DNA from: a bacterium
GTDB taxonomy: Bacteria > SAR324 > NAC60-12
Assembly: GCA_965205865.1 (NCBI GenBank)
Contig: CBDBHR010000029.1
Coordinates: 320,001 to 384,000 of the forward strand
Direction: 5' to 3'
Length of the DNA stretch: 64,000 nucleotides
The notes under the pieces are model-generated. The model saw only the letters and a list, made by a program, of their open reading frames with translations. It was not told where the DNA came from and did no database searches. Positions 41,533 to 51,329 of this stretch are shown here, piece after piece (position 1 is the first letter of the stretch; each line of letters opens with the position of its first letter). The translations under genes were made by a program, and so were the position numbers.

Positions 41533-41546
41533 TAAATACCTAAACT

Positions 41547-42518
41547 ATGAACAACACCCAAGAGACACCATCCCCCATCAGTGAGCCCAAGCGACGGGGT
41601 CAGTTTGCAGATTTCTGGATCAGGCTGTTCAAGGAGAAACCCCTCGGGATGCTCGGCGGAGTGATCATCCTGCTCTTGATCAGGATTTCTCTCTTTGCCG
41701 ATGCGCTGGCGCCTTATCCTTATAATAAAATCCACTTGAGAGACCAGATATAAGAGGCCTCGGCCCAGTATCTCCTCGGGACCGACCACGTCGGGCGGGA
41801 CTTATTGAGCCGCCTGATCCACAGGGCGCGGATTTCCTTAGGAGTCGGTCTGGCCGCGACCACGCTCAATGTGCTCGTCGCGCTCCTGGTCGGCAGCGTT
41901 TCCGGATTCCTGGGGGGGAAAGTGGACTTGGCCATGCAGCGCCTGGTCGATGCCTGGATCGCCTTTCCGGGACTGCTGTTGTTGTTGACCATCATGTCCA
42001 TCGTGGGACAGGGGTTGCTCCAGATCATCCTGGTACTAGGGATCGCCGGTGGGGTGGAAGGCTCCCGCGTCGTGCGGGGCGCGGTGATCGCCATTAAAGA
42101 GAATGATTACTTTCTGGCGGCGAAAGCCCTGGGCAGTCCTTTGCCCACCACCCTGAGACGGCATGTGCTGCCCAATATCATGCCGCCCCTCATCATCATC
42201 TTCTCCATCAACATTGGTGCCGTCATCATGTCAGAGGCGGCGCTGAGCTTTCTCGGCTTCGGTCTGCCCTCGAACATTCCCAGTTGGGGAGGCATGCTCA
42301 GCCGGGAAGGACGGCTCTACATGGAGATGGCCCCCTGGCTGGCGCTCTGGCCGGGGCTTTGCCTGACAATGGTCGTTTTCAGTCTCAACATGTTCGGCGA
42401 TGCCATGCGCGATCTGCTCGATCCCCGGTTGCGGGGCGGCGAGGGTAGCTACGGCGCCGCAAAGAGGAAACGCAAACGAGGCCTCCTGGCCAGACTGCTC
42501 TATCCTTTCCACGGGTAA
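41547..42518 (+). pseudogene. DppC-like ABC permease with an internal in-frame TAA (41751-41753)
   Basis: ORFs starting at 41547 and 41805 share a frame: ...HLRDQI*EASAQYLLGTDHVGRDLLSRL... Confidence 0.88.
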
Positions 42519-42539
42519 ATGAGCAAAAGGAATCCATCC

Positions 42540-42830
42540 CTTTTTCCTTCCTGAGAATTGCGGGAATGTCGATGCCGCATATCGGGGTGAGCTCGCCGAT
42601 TGGCATTGGAATCGATGCCACTTAGAGATCGCTCCCACTCTTCAAATCAAAGGCTTTCAAGTCCTCCCCAAACGATGGATTGTGGAAATAACAATTGCTT
42701 GGTTTGGACGGTATCGTTGGCTCAACACCGATAATGAACGATACTCGAACTGCTGAAGTGATTGTCTATATAGCCATGATTCAACTCCTGTTAAAACGCA
42801 TCAGGTAATTCTTATTCAGGTTCTTAATAG
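42540..42830 (+). pseudogene. Decayed C-terminal fragment of an IS5-family transposase
   Basis: Hand translation: VDAAYRGE...KGFQVLPKRWIVE..AWFGRYR...YIAMIQLLLKRIR*. Confidence 0.75.
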
Positions 42831-43242
42831 TTTTGTATCTGTCCATTTTCGTCAGTTTTTAAAATTGAGGAAGAGCTTTTTTGAGAAGTTGTTCATTATC
42901 AAGGTCCCATACCGGCGTAAAGGGTTTACCATTAATGTTTTAAATTCGCCATCAGCCCAGTCCGGGAAAACCAGGGAATAGGACTGGTCCTTTGACCCCG
43001 GTTTTTCGGTCTATGTCACTTTTGATACCGAAATTGGAATTGTTGCGATTTCCTGTTATTTCCAGGACGATCTTCAAAGTAAAACAATAGATTGGAAATT
43101 GTACGAGAAATCGATAATGAAAGAGTTAATGGCGAGTATGGAATTGCGGTTGCATTTAATCCAGGGTATCTCTACTGATATTGTAATTCAAACTCCAGCC
43201 GGCAAATCGAAACCGGAACTGCAGGAAAGGTATAACAACATT

Positions 43243-44421
43243 ATGAAGAGATTCATTTTGATTTATTTATTTATTATATTTTCTCCGGCATTGTTGGCTC
43301 AAACACAAATCCCGGAAGGGCTGATCTTGTATGACATACCAGAAGCCACTGTTATTGTTGTGGACAAAGCGGAATGCAACATGAGTGTTTTTCAAAAACA
43401 GTCTTTCTGGGAAAAGATCGAGCAATATGAATGTACGACTGGGAAAACCGGAGGAGACAAACAACAGGAGGGGGATTTAAAAACTCCTACAGGCTTGTAC
43501 TTTTTTACGGATGCCTGGACGTCCCAGGATTTGGTCCGGCAATATGGCACTATTGCAAAAATTTATGGCACCGGCGCGTTCGAACTCAACTATCCCAATT
43601 ATCTGGATAAAGTCCTCTTCCGCAAAAATGGATATGGGATTTGGCTGCATGGAACAGATCAGGGGTTTCCTTCAGCAACTCGAGGTTGCATCTCAACCAC
43701 GAATACCGACCTTCTGAAAGCAGCAAATTATATCAATTTGCACGAAACTCCTTTGATCATTGAAGAATCAATTGCGTATGCGTCACCAATGGAAATTGAC
43801 AAAGTACGATGGGAATTGCTTGATTTCATCGAAAAATGGCGAGTGGCGTGGGAATCGGATCAATCAGATAGATATTTTTCATTTTATTCCAGAAATTTCA
43901 AAACAACTCAATTTGATTATTCCCGCTGGAAGCAATACAAACGCTGGACGAACAAAAAAAATCAAAATAAGCGGGTCTCCATCCATGATATTTCTATTTT
44001 GAAAGCCAAAGGGATATTCAATATTCAGTTTGTACAAAGTTATCATTCCTCAGGGACAAACGACGTGGGCCGGAAACGTCTGTATGTGGTGAAGGAGCAA
44101 GACCAGTTCCGTATCATCAGTGAAACCTGGGAAGCTTCGGAATCGTCTCCTTTTTTCCGGCAACAAGTCCACCAAAACCATGCCCTCAAGGAAATGACAG
44201 TAAAATTAAAAAAGGAAATGCTACAAAATGACTTTAGTGCCAGTCCCCTCGTCGGTAAACAGTTCGGCAATCACAGAATGAGGATCTGTACCGTTGATGA
44301 TATGAGCCGAGGAGACTCCTGCAGTAACACTGTTCAACACTGCCTCTGCCTTGGGTACCATGCCGCCTTGAATGAGTCCTTCTTTCAGCAAACGAAGTAC
44401 TTCATCGGTCCTGAGTTCTGA
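43243..44421 (+). CDS. YkuD-family L,D-transpeptidase/carboxypeptidase with NTF2-like C-terminal domain (Csd6/Pgp2-like)
   Basis: Signal peptide, GDKQQEGDLKTPTG, LNYPN, GIWLHG...TRGCI, W..AWES...YS..F. Confidence 0.85.
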   Translation: MKRFILIYLFIIFSPALLAQTQIPEGLILYDIPEATVIVVDKAECNMSVFQKQSFWEKIEQYECTTGKTGGDKQQEGDLKTPTGLYFFTDAWTSQDLVRQYGTIAKIYGTGAFELNYPNYLDKVLFRKNGYGIWLHGTDQGFPSATRGCISTTNTDLLKAANYINLHETPLIIEESIAYASPMEIDKVRWELLDFIEKWRVAWESDQSDRYFSFYSRNFKTTQFDYSRWKQYKRWTNKKNQNKRVSIHDISILKAKGIFNIQFVQSYHSSGTNDVGRKRLYVVKEQDQFRIISETWEASESSPFFRQQVHQNHALKEMTVKLKKEMLQNDFSASPLVGKQFGNHRMRICTVDDMSRGDSCSNTVQHCLCLGYHAALNESFFQQTKYFIGPEF

Positions 44422-45078
44422 CAGCAACTGCTCTTTGACCATGATGCCTTTGACATCCGTCATAAAGATGATTTTATAGGCTTGCAAGGCAACCGCAATC
44501 GATGCGGCAACAGTGTCGGCGTTGAGGTTGTAAGTGATTCCTCCTTCTCCCAAGCCGATGGGAGAAATGACTGGTAAAAATCTTTCCTGCAACAGGACGT
44601 GCAAAAGTTCCGGGTTGGTCCGTTTGATGCTTCCAACATAACCCAGGTCCACTCCACTCTCATGTTCCTTCTTATAGGCTTCAATCAAGTGACCATCTTT
44701 GCCACTCAATCCCACAGCTTTTCCATCAAATGTATTGAGGTGGGCAATAATTTCTTTATTGATTGTTCCCGAAAGCACCATTTCCGCCACTTTGATATTT
44801 TCCGCACTAGTGACCCGCAAGCCATCAATGAATGACACTTTTTGCCCCAGTCGCTCCATGGCCCGACTGACTTCCTGTCCGCCACCATGAACAATGACGG
44901 GTTGCATTCCAAGGGATTGTAGCAAAACGATATCTTGGGCAAAATGTATTTTCAATTTCTCTTCAATCATGGCAGCGCCTCCATACTTGATCACGATGAT
45001 CTTGTCCTTGAACTTTTGAATGTAGGAAAGTGCTTCGATGAGAAGGTTTTTTCTCTCTTTATTGGCAATATTATGCAT
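44221..45078 (-). CDS. argB: Acetylglutamate kinase
   Basis: IKYGGAAM, VHGGG, GLRVT, NLNAD, GGMVPK. Confidence 0.96.
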   Translation of the reverse strand: MHNIANKERKNLLIEALSYIQKFKDKIIVIKYGGAAMIEEKLKIHFAQDIVLLQSLGMQPVIVHGGGQEVSRAMERLGQKVSFIDGLRVTSAENIKVAEMVLSGTINKEIIAHLNTFDGKAVGLSGKDGHLIEAYKKEHESGVDLGYVGSIKRTNPELLHVLLQERFLPVISPIGLGEGGITYNLNADTVAASIAVALQAYKIIFMTDVKGIMVKEQLLSELRTDEVLRLLKEGLIQGGMVPKAEAVLNSVTAGVSSAHIINGTDPHSVIAELFTDEGTGTKVIL

Positions 45079-46822
45079 GATGGACGTTCGTTTTCACTTT
45101 ATTACTGCGAGAGGAAGCGAGATTGAGCATTCGGAATCGGAACTGACAATTTTCGAATGAGATTTCGTCTCCTTCTTTCAGGAATCGCTGTTCTACTCGT
45201 CGGCGATTGACAAAGGTTCCTTCCTGATTGCTCAAGCTGACCAGTTTGTATTGTGTACCAACTCTCATTATTTTGGCATGTCTGAGCGCAATTTGAGAAC
45301 TGTTCAGGACAATATTGTTTGTTTTTGAGCGGCCAATAAAAGTAATATTTTTAACCAGATAATACTCCTGGCGCATACCCATGTTGATCAATGTTCCGAT
45401 CTTCTTGCGGATAGGTCCCAGAGGTTTGTCAAAATAAACAGGAACTGGATCTTGTATATCCAGTTCCGTTGCTGGTTTTGGAGGTTCGATATGATTCAAA
45501 AAAATTAAAGTCATTTCTCCAATATCCAGAATGTCTCCATGCCGCAATAAAGTTCTCCTTACCCGCCGCCGGTTGATCAACAAAGCATTTTTATAATTTT
45601 TATCTTCCAAAAAATAGCTGTTTTGCTCTGCTATTAAGAATACCTTTTCCAAATTGGCCGATAAACGCAATTTCCCTTTTGTTCGAATGGATGAAAGAAA
45701 ATCTAATGCGTATGAGTTCTCCTCGAGTGGAATAAACTGGAAATTCTCCCCCGGCGTCAAGATTTGGAAACCAATTTGCTTCGATAAAACGGCAGAACTA
45801 CGATTCTTCAGCCATATTCTGCCAAATCCGGCGAAAAGGATTCCCCCCATACATACAAGCCCCCAAAGAGGCAAAGGCGTTTGGGAGTGAAGCGAGATAG
45901 AAACTGTATCTGCTTGATGACCGATGCTCTCTACTCCGTGTTTCGCAATAAACTTGATTTCAATATCATGAGGAATGTTTCCCAGCGCGTTCAATTGATA
46001 TGTCAGCAAATATTCTTGAAGGATTTTTTCTCTGATTTGCTGCAACACGGAAGGCAACTGTAGCGACGAGTCCATTTGATAGATTTCGCTTCCTGTCTGA
46101 CTGACCAGCCTTTTCAGCCATGGAGGGACTACTCCCGTGACAATCGAAATCAGTGTAATCTGGTGGTTGAGGAAGAATTGAGTCATTTCCTTTTCCAAAG
46201 CGGGCGATCCATTCCAGGAAGCAAAATCAGAAGATTGCAGGATAAGCCATTGCCGTTTACCCCGTTGCTGAAACAATGCGGATTGTCCTGTAATGAGCTC
46301 AGAGATAGGTATCTTTTTAGCTGGATCGAGTTTCAAATTTTGAAGGAGCGTTTCGAATTTTTCTTTTGACCCCACTGCCTGCGGATTTTGTCCGGATCCA
46401 TTGAAATGAAGGAATATTTCGTCACTTCCTTGCTTTTGTAAAATGAATTGACGTAAGGCATTCTGAATTGTTTCCAAATCTTGGGAAGCAGCGGGTAGTC
46501 GCATATCCACCAGAAAGGAAATCCGTTGTTCCATCCTTTGAAACTGGTAGCCAAAACCTGAATACAGATAAGGTTCATTATTTATATTAAAAGTGACATT
46601 GTCCCCCGACAAATTGGCAATATGTTGTTTATTTTCATCTGAAACTTCCAGAAAAATAGATCGTTCTCCTCCCAAAGAAGCCAAATGAGAATCTATCATA
46701 TTGATTTGAATTCGCCATTTGCTCGCCTCTATTGAGACGGCAAAAGCGAATATTCCAATACATGTCCAAAATGCTCGTAAAAAAAGAGGACGGATTTGAA
46801 AAAAAGTGACAAGTGGAATCAT
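45071..46822 (-). CDS. Membrane protein with a degenerate vWA-like domain and two FHA domains
   Basis: N-terminal hydrophobic leader, YLLTY, TM helix, LRHGDILDIG, FIGRSKTNNIVL...RHA...GTFVN...LKEGDEI. Confidence 0.7.
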   Translation of the reverse strand: MIPLVTFFQIRPLFLRAFWTCIGIFAFAVSIEASKWRIQINMIDSHLASLGGERSIFLEVSDENKQHIANLSGDNVTFNINNEPYLYSGFGYQFQRMEQRISFLVDMRLPAASQDLETIQNALRQFILQKQGSDEIFLHFNGSGQNPQAVGSKEKFETLLQNLKLDPAKKIPISELITGQSALFQQRGKRQWLILQSSDFASWNGSPALEKEMTQFFLNHQITLISIVTGVVPPWLKRLVSQTGSEIYQMDSSLQLPSVLQQIREKILQEYLLTYQLNALGNIPHDIEIKFIAKHGVESIGHQADTVSISLHSQTPLPLWGLVCMGGILFAGFGRIWLKNRSSAVLSKQIGFQILTPGENFQFIPLEENSYALDFLSSIRTKGKLRLSANLEKVFLIAEQNSYFLEDKNYKNALLINRRRVRRTLLRHGDILDIGEMTLIFLNHIEPPKPATELDIQDPVPVYFDKPLGPIRKKIGTLINMGMRQEYYLVKNITFIGRSKTNNIVLNSSQIALRHAKIMRVGTQYKLVSLSNQEGTFVNRRRVEQRFLKEGDEISFENCQFRFRMLNLASSRSNKVKTNVHHA

Positions 46823-47679
46823 GAGACCTCACAAAATTGAAGCAATGCGGACCCGAGTTTTATGATATCGCCATTTTTCATATTTTGTTGTTCAACAAAA
46901 CGATAATTGACAAAGACTTTTCCCCCCGGAGAGACATTGATGATCTGATAATTTGGATTATTTTTGATGATATGCGCATGGGTGTCACAGACTTCTGTAT
47001 AGCCTCTCAAGATGATATCGTTATGAGATTGATATCCCATTGAATATTTGTCTTTATCCATAAAATGAATTTTTCCTTTACTCTTACCCGTCAACACCCG
47101 CAAATAGGCTTTTGAAGAGTAGACCTCGAAGACAACAATCGATAATGACAAGATCATTCCCCAAACGACGAGGCCAAGCAAGCTGCTCATTGTGGCAGTT
47201 TGTGACAGTTGATAGGATTCAAAAAACAATCCCCCCAACAATCCTCCCCCAATCGCTCCCACTATCTGGGAAAAACTTTTCTTTGATGAGGGGGTCGCAA
47301 AATTTATTAACAAGCTCAACCAAAACCCCAAAAGCATCCAACTGATCACCCTCACCAAGGATAAAGGAACGAAGATTGGCAATGCCAGCAAACTCTGCCC
47401 CATCATAAACCCCAAAAAACCACTTGCTAATCCCACGCAGACTCCAATGGGAATACTTGTCCGAAGAGCAAAGAAATTGTCAAAAAGAAGGTCCTCTTTG
47501 GATTTAAAAAAAATTCCCATCCCGGCTCCGATGACGATTCCTTCATAGATAAATGGATCGAGCAAAGGAAAAGGACCAAGTATCTGTTGTCCATATAAAT
47601 ACGCCTGAAGTAACGACCAGCTGAGAAGCCCACCTATTCCTCCAATCGACGCTATTTGAATCACTCGTATTGTTCTCAT
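46819..47679 (-). CDS. Polytopic Gly-rich membrane protein with C-terminal FHA domain
   Basis: About six Gly-rich TM helices followed by HAHI...VFVN...MKNGDIIKLG. Confidence 0.72.
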   Translation of the reverse strand: MRTIRVIQIASIGGIGGLLSWSLLQAYLYGQQILGPFPLLDPFIYEGIVIGAGMGIFFKSKEDLLFDNFFALRTSIPIGVCVGLASGFLGFMMGQSLLALPIFVPLSLVRVISWMLLGFWLSLLINFATPSSKKSFSQIVGAIGGGLLGGLFFESYQLSQTATMSSLLGLVVWGMILSLSIVVFEVYSSKAYLRVLTGKSKGKIHFMDKDKYSMGYQSHNDIILRGYTEVCDTHAHIIKNNPNYQIINVSPGGKVFVNYRFVEQQNMKNGDIIKLGSALLQFCEVS

Positions 47680-48273
47680 GGTTTCAATGTCAGCAGTGAG
47701 TTTGTACGAAAGCTTTCTCTGGCCAGTGTCTTTTATAGAAAGGGTTCCCAATACTGATAGCATTGGGATGAACAAGACACTGTCAGATTTTCCTGGAATG
47801 GACAGAATCCTTTCAGGAGATTCGCAATGCGTCTACAAAAAATAAATGCTGGAGAAGCAATTCTCTTCTGGCGTGCAATAAAGAAGGCAGGTCCTCGTAC
47901 TCAGAGGCAGAGAAAGAAACTTTTAATATGATCAACACATTAAAATGAGGCCGGATCTCTTGATTTTGAGATTATTCTATCAATTTTTCAGAAAATCATG
48001 GATCGCTGCTCATATCCGGATCTTTTTACTGAGGTTACATGAGCGTCAATTTTTTAAGCGATATTCAATGCATTCTCAATCAGATTGTCAGTAATGTATT
48101 TTTTGCAAAGAGTAAAAAATTTTCAGCATTTCTGCTAGTTCCCACAACTCGATATTTTTTGGTAACCTTGTCTACTCCGTGTTTGTCTTTCTCTATGCCT
48201 TTTTTGTGAATCACTTCATTTTAGCGTGTTTTTATATTTTACCCAAAGTCCGGAGATTCTCAAGTGAAAGATT

Positions 48274-49788
48274 TTATCTGAAATCTTTCCCCAATTTTTT
48301 TGCTCGCCGTCGTATGAAAGTTGGAATGTCAAGATCGCTGGTAAAATCATGGCGATGCCGCTTGCGCCATGCCCAATCTGGAAATCTAGGGCTCTCCTCC
48401 ACATCGACAGTCGGGGTTTTTGCAGCAATCTTCTCAACTTCAGACTGTGATTCTTTGGAAGATGAGTCCTCGTTGATTTCTTTCGACAGAGAAGCGACGT
48501 TTTTTTTAGTTGCCAAAGTTCGCCCGCCAGAATTCGAATCGGGTGTGGAGGGAAAAAGGTTTTTCGCATTTTGCGGGGCATTTTCCGAGTTTTTCAAGTA
48601 TTGCGGAGTCCTCATCTCATCGCTTTCAGTCGCAACTTTTGGATACCCAGAGTCTATTTTCTTTAATTTATCTTTTCTTGATTTTCCTTCTTTCGTCGAT
48701 TGTTCTGCAGCATATACTGTCTCTTCCTGTTTTTTTGACAGCGAATTGGACAAAGGCGGATCCATGCTCTTATAAGGTGAAACAGAGACTGTCTGTTGTG
48801 CCATTTCAGAAGAAATTTCTTCTTTTCCAAATCCGGTTGCAATCACCGTTATTTGGATTTGTTCCCCTTGATCCGGATGAATCGATGCGCCCCAAATAAT
48901 CGTTGCTTCTTCATCGGCTTGCCCCTGGATAAAGGATGCGGCTTCATTGACTTCATGAAGCGTCAAGGAATTTCCGCCGACTATATTTACTAAAACTCCC
49001 CAGGAACCTGTAATTTCGCAGTCGTTCAAAAGAGGACTACTAATGGCTCTTTTTGCTGCGGCAATAGCCCGATTGTCTCCAGTCGCGGCTCCTATTCCCA
49101 TCACGGCTTTGCCTCCATTTTGCATCACCGTTTTCACATCCGCAAAATCGAGATTGATGATTCCCTCATTGGTGATCAAGTCCGAAATCCCCTGGATGGC
49201 TTGCCTCAATACATCGTCTGCCAAATTGAATGCTTCAACCATTGATGTCCGCTGGGTGACCATTTCCAATAAATTTTCATTGGGAATCACAATCAGCGTG
49301 TCCACATGGTCTTTCAATTCCTGCACACCCTGATCTGCATTTTTCCGACGCTGCATTCCTTCAAACTTAAAAGGCAAGGTCACCACGCCGACCGTCAACG
49401 TGTCGGCTTCCCTGGCAATCTGTGCCACAATTGGCGCCCCTCCAGTACCTGTACCGCCTCCCATTCCGGCAGTGATAAAAACCATATCAGCCCCAGATAC
49501 GAATTCTCGAATCAAATCGGCATTCTCAATAGCAGCTTCCCGCCCTACATTGGGTTTCGCTCCCGCACCCAGGCCTTTTGTACAATTGATTCCCAGTTGC
49601 AGCTTGTAGGTTGCCGCAGAATTTCTCAAATCTTGCAGATCTGTATTTGCCGCAATAAATTCTACTACCTGCGCGTCCATCATGGTGACCATGCGGTTGA
49701 TTGCATTGCCCCCTCCACCACCTATTCCAATCACCTTGATGATGGGAGTGTCTAATTGAGACTGCTTGATATCAGAAAATCCTAACAT
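48274..49788 (-). CDS. ftsZ: Cell division protein FtsZ
   Basis: GGGGGNA, GMGGGTGTG, NLDFAD, LDIPTFIRR. Confidence 0.98.
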   Translation of the reverse strand: MLGFSDIKQSQLDTPIIKVIGIGGGGGNAINRMVTMMDAQVVEFIAANTDLQDLRNSAATYKLQLGINCTKGLGAGAKPNVGREAAIENADLIREFVSGADMVFITAGMGGGTGTGGAPIVAQIAREADTLTVGVVTLPFKFEGMQRRKNADQGVQELKDHVDTLIVIPNENLLEMVTQRTSMVEAFNLADDVLRQAIQGISDLITNEGIINLDFADVKTVMQNGGKAVMGIGAATGDNRAIAAAKRAISSPLLNDCEITGSWGVLVNIVGGNSLTLHEVNEAASFIQGQADEEATIIWGASIHPDQGEQIQITVIATGFGKEEISSEMAQQTVSVSPYKSMDPPLSNSLSKKQEETVYAAEQSTKEGKSRKDKLKKIDSGYPKVATESDEMRTPQYLKNSENAPQNAKNLFPSTPDSNSGGRTLATKKNVASLSKEINEDSSSKESQSEVEKIAAKTPTVDVEESPRFPDWAWRKRHRHDFTSDLDIPTFIRRRAKKLGKDFR

Positions 49789-49809
49789 AAGCCACCTTTA
49801 CGGTTTGAA

Positions 49810-51048
49810 CTAAAAAAATTCATGCAACCAATCTTTCATACGGCGAGAAACTTTATGAAAAACATTGGTTTCATCTCCTGAAAATTGGAGTTTGCTCTGG
49901 CTATTGATCCCATACCTGACCAAGCCAACGCTCGTTGCAAACTTGGGAGAATAGATCAACTCCTGGATTCCCGAAATGTTTTCAGGGAAGCCAACTCGCA
50001 CCGGGATGTTTAATACCTCCGAGGCCAATTCATCCGAACCCGGCATAATACAAGTTCCGCCGGTCACTACAAGTCCTGAGGCAATAACATTGCGGTACTG
50101 AGATTTTTCAATTTCAGTTGCAATGAATTCGAAGATTTCACGGAAACGATCCTCGATGATTTCTGCCAATACTTGTTTGCGGATATTCCGGTTCCGCCGA
50201 CCTCCTACCCCTGAGACTTGAATCATCTCGTCTTTTTCGACCATCGAGACCATTGCGACACCATGATTGTGCTTAATCTCCTCAGCTTCTGCCAAAGGCG
50301 TACTCAGTCCAATTGCGACGTCTTTCGTCAGATGATCGCCGCCCAATGCTAATACTGCGGTGTGAACAATGCTTCCTTCCGAATAAATCGTAATGTCTGT
50401 TGTTCCCCCGCCAATATCCACCAGTACCACCCCCACTTCCTGCTCGTCCGAACTCAAAACAGCTTGGCTGGAAGCAAGAGGTTCCAGCACGATATCTTCG
50501 ACATCTAAGCCTGCCTGGTTGCAACATTTAATGATATTTTGCGCAGAGGTCACAGAGCCTGTGACAATATGGACGTTCACTTCAAGACGGGTTCCTGACA
50601 TGCCAAGCGGATTTTGCACGCCATCTTGATCATCGACAAGGAATTCTTGAGGAAGGATATGCAGAACTTCTCGATCATTCGGAATGAGGACTTGAGCTGC
50701 ATCAATCACCCGTCGGATGTCTTCTTCGGAAACCACACGGTTGCGATAAACCGTCACCATGCCATGGCTATTGGTTCCTTTAATATGGTGACCAGCAATG
50801 CCTGCGTAGACAGAATTGATGGGTTGTCCACACATCAATTCGCATTCTTCTACGGCTTTTTTGATCGACTGAACGGTTTTTTCGATATTGACAACAACTC
50901 CTTTGCGTAATCCTTCTGATTTGGAAGTTCCCACTCCCACAATGTTGAGGATTTCACCAGGGTCTGTTTCGGCAGCAATAGCACAAATTTTTGTTGTGCC
51001 AATATCTAAGCCAACAATTATATTAGTATTTTTGTGTCGTGGTGGCAT
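49810..51048 (-). CDS. ftsA: Cell division protein FtsA
   Basis: GLDIGTTKI, DIGGGTTD, TGG, P.FATSVGL. Confidence 0.97.
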   Translation of the reverse strand: MPPRHKNTNIIVGLDIGTTKICAIAAETDPGEILNIVGVGTSKSEGLRKGVVVNIEKTVQSIKKAVEECELMCGQPINSVYAGIAGHHIKGTNSHGMVTVYRNRVVSEEDIRRVIDAAQVLIPNDREVLHILPQEFLVDDQDGVQNPLGMSGTRLEVNVHIVTGSVTSAQNIIKCCNQAGLDVEDIVLEPLASSQAVLSSDEQEVGVVLVDIGGGTTDITIYSEGSIVHTAVLALGGDHLTKDVAIGLSTPLAEAEEIKHNHGVAMVSMVEKDEMIQVSGVGGRRNRNIRKQVLAEIIEDRFREIFEFIATEIEKSQYRNVIASGLVVTGGTCIMPGSDELASEVLNIPVRVGFPENISGIQELIYSPKFATSVGLVRYGINSQSKLQFSGDETNVFHKVSRRMKDWLHEFF

Positions 51049-51329
51049 CCATGCACCTCACCAGATTTTCAGGTGGAAAACCGCTCAACTACCTTATTTT
51101 TCTCCGGAGAAGTCCTCCTTTTGTGGAAGACATGACCCGCACCATAATCTCTTTTAAACTATTTGTCAATAATGACATCTGATTGATTATTTCAATATCC
51201 TCATGAGGGACTTTTTTTTCGACAAACCCTATCCTTTTCGTGGAACTTGATTTGCATAGAATTTAATCGATATTTCGGACGGCTTTTTAGAGATATAGAA
51301 AAATAAAACTCGATTAGATCAAAAATTTC

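Noticed and set aside
42900-43230. c-di-GMP-I riboswitch-like fragments and hairpins upstream of the L,D-peptidase gene
   Set aside because: GGCAAA-like words are present, but the GCAAA junction and paired P1/P2 architecture are not.
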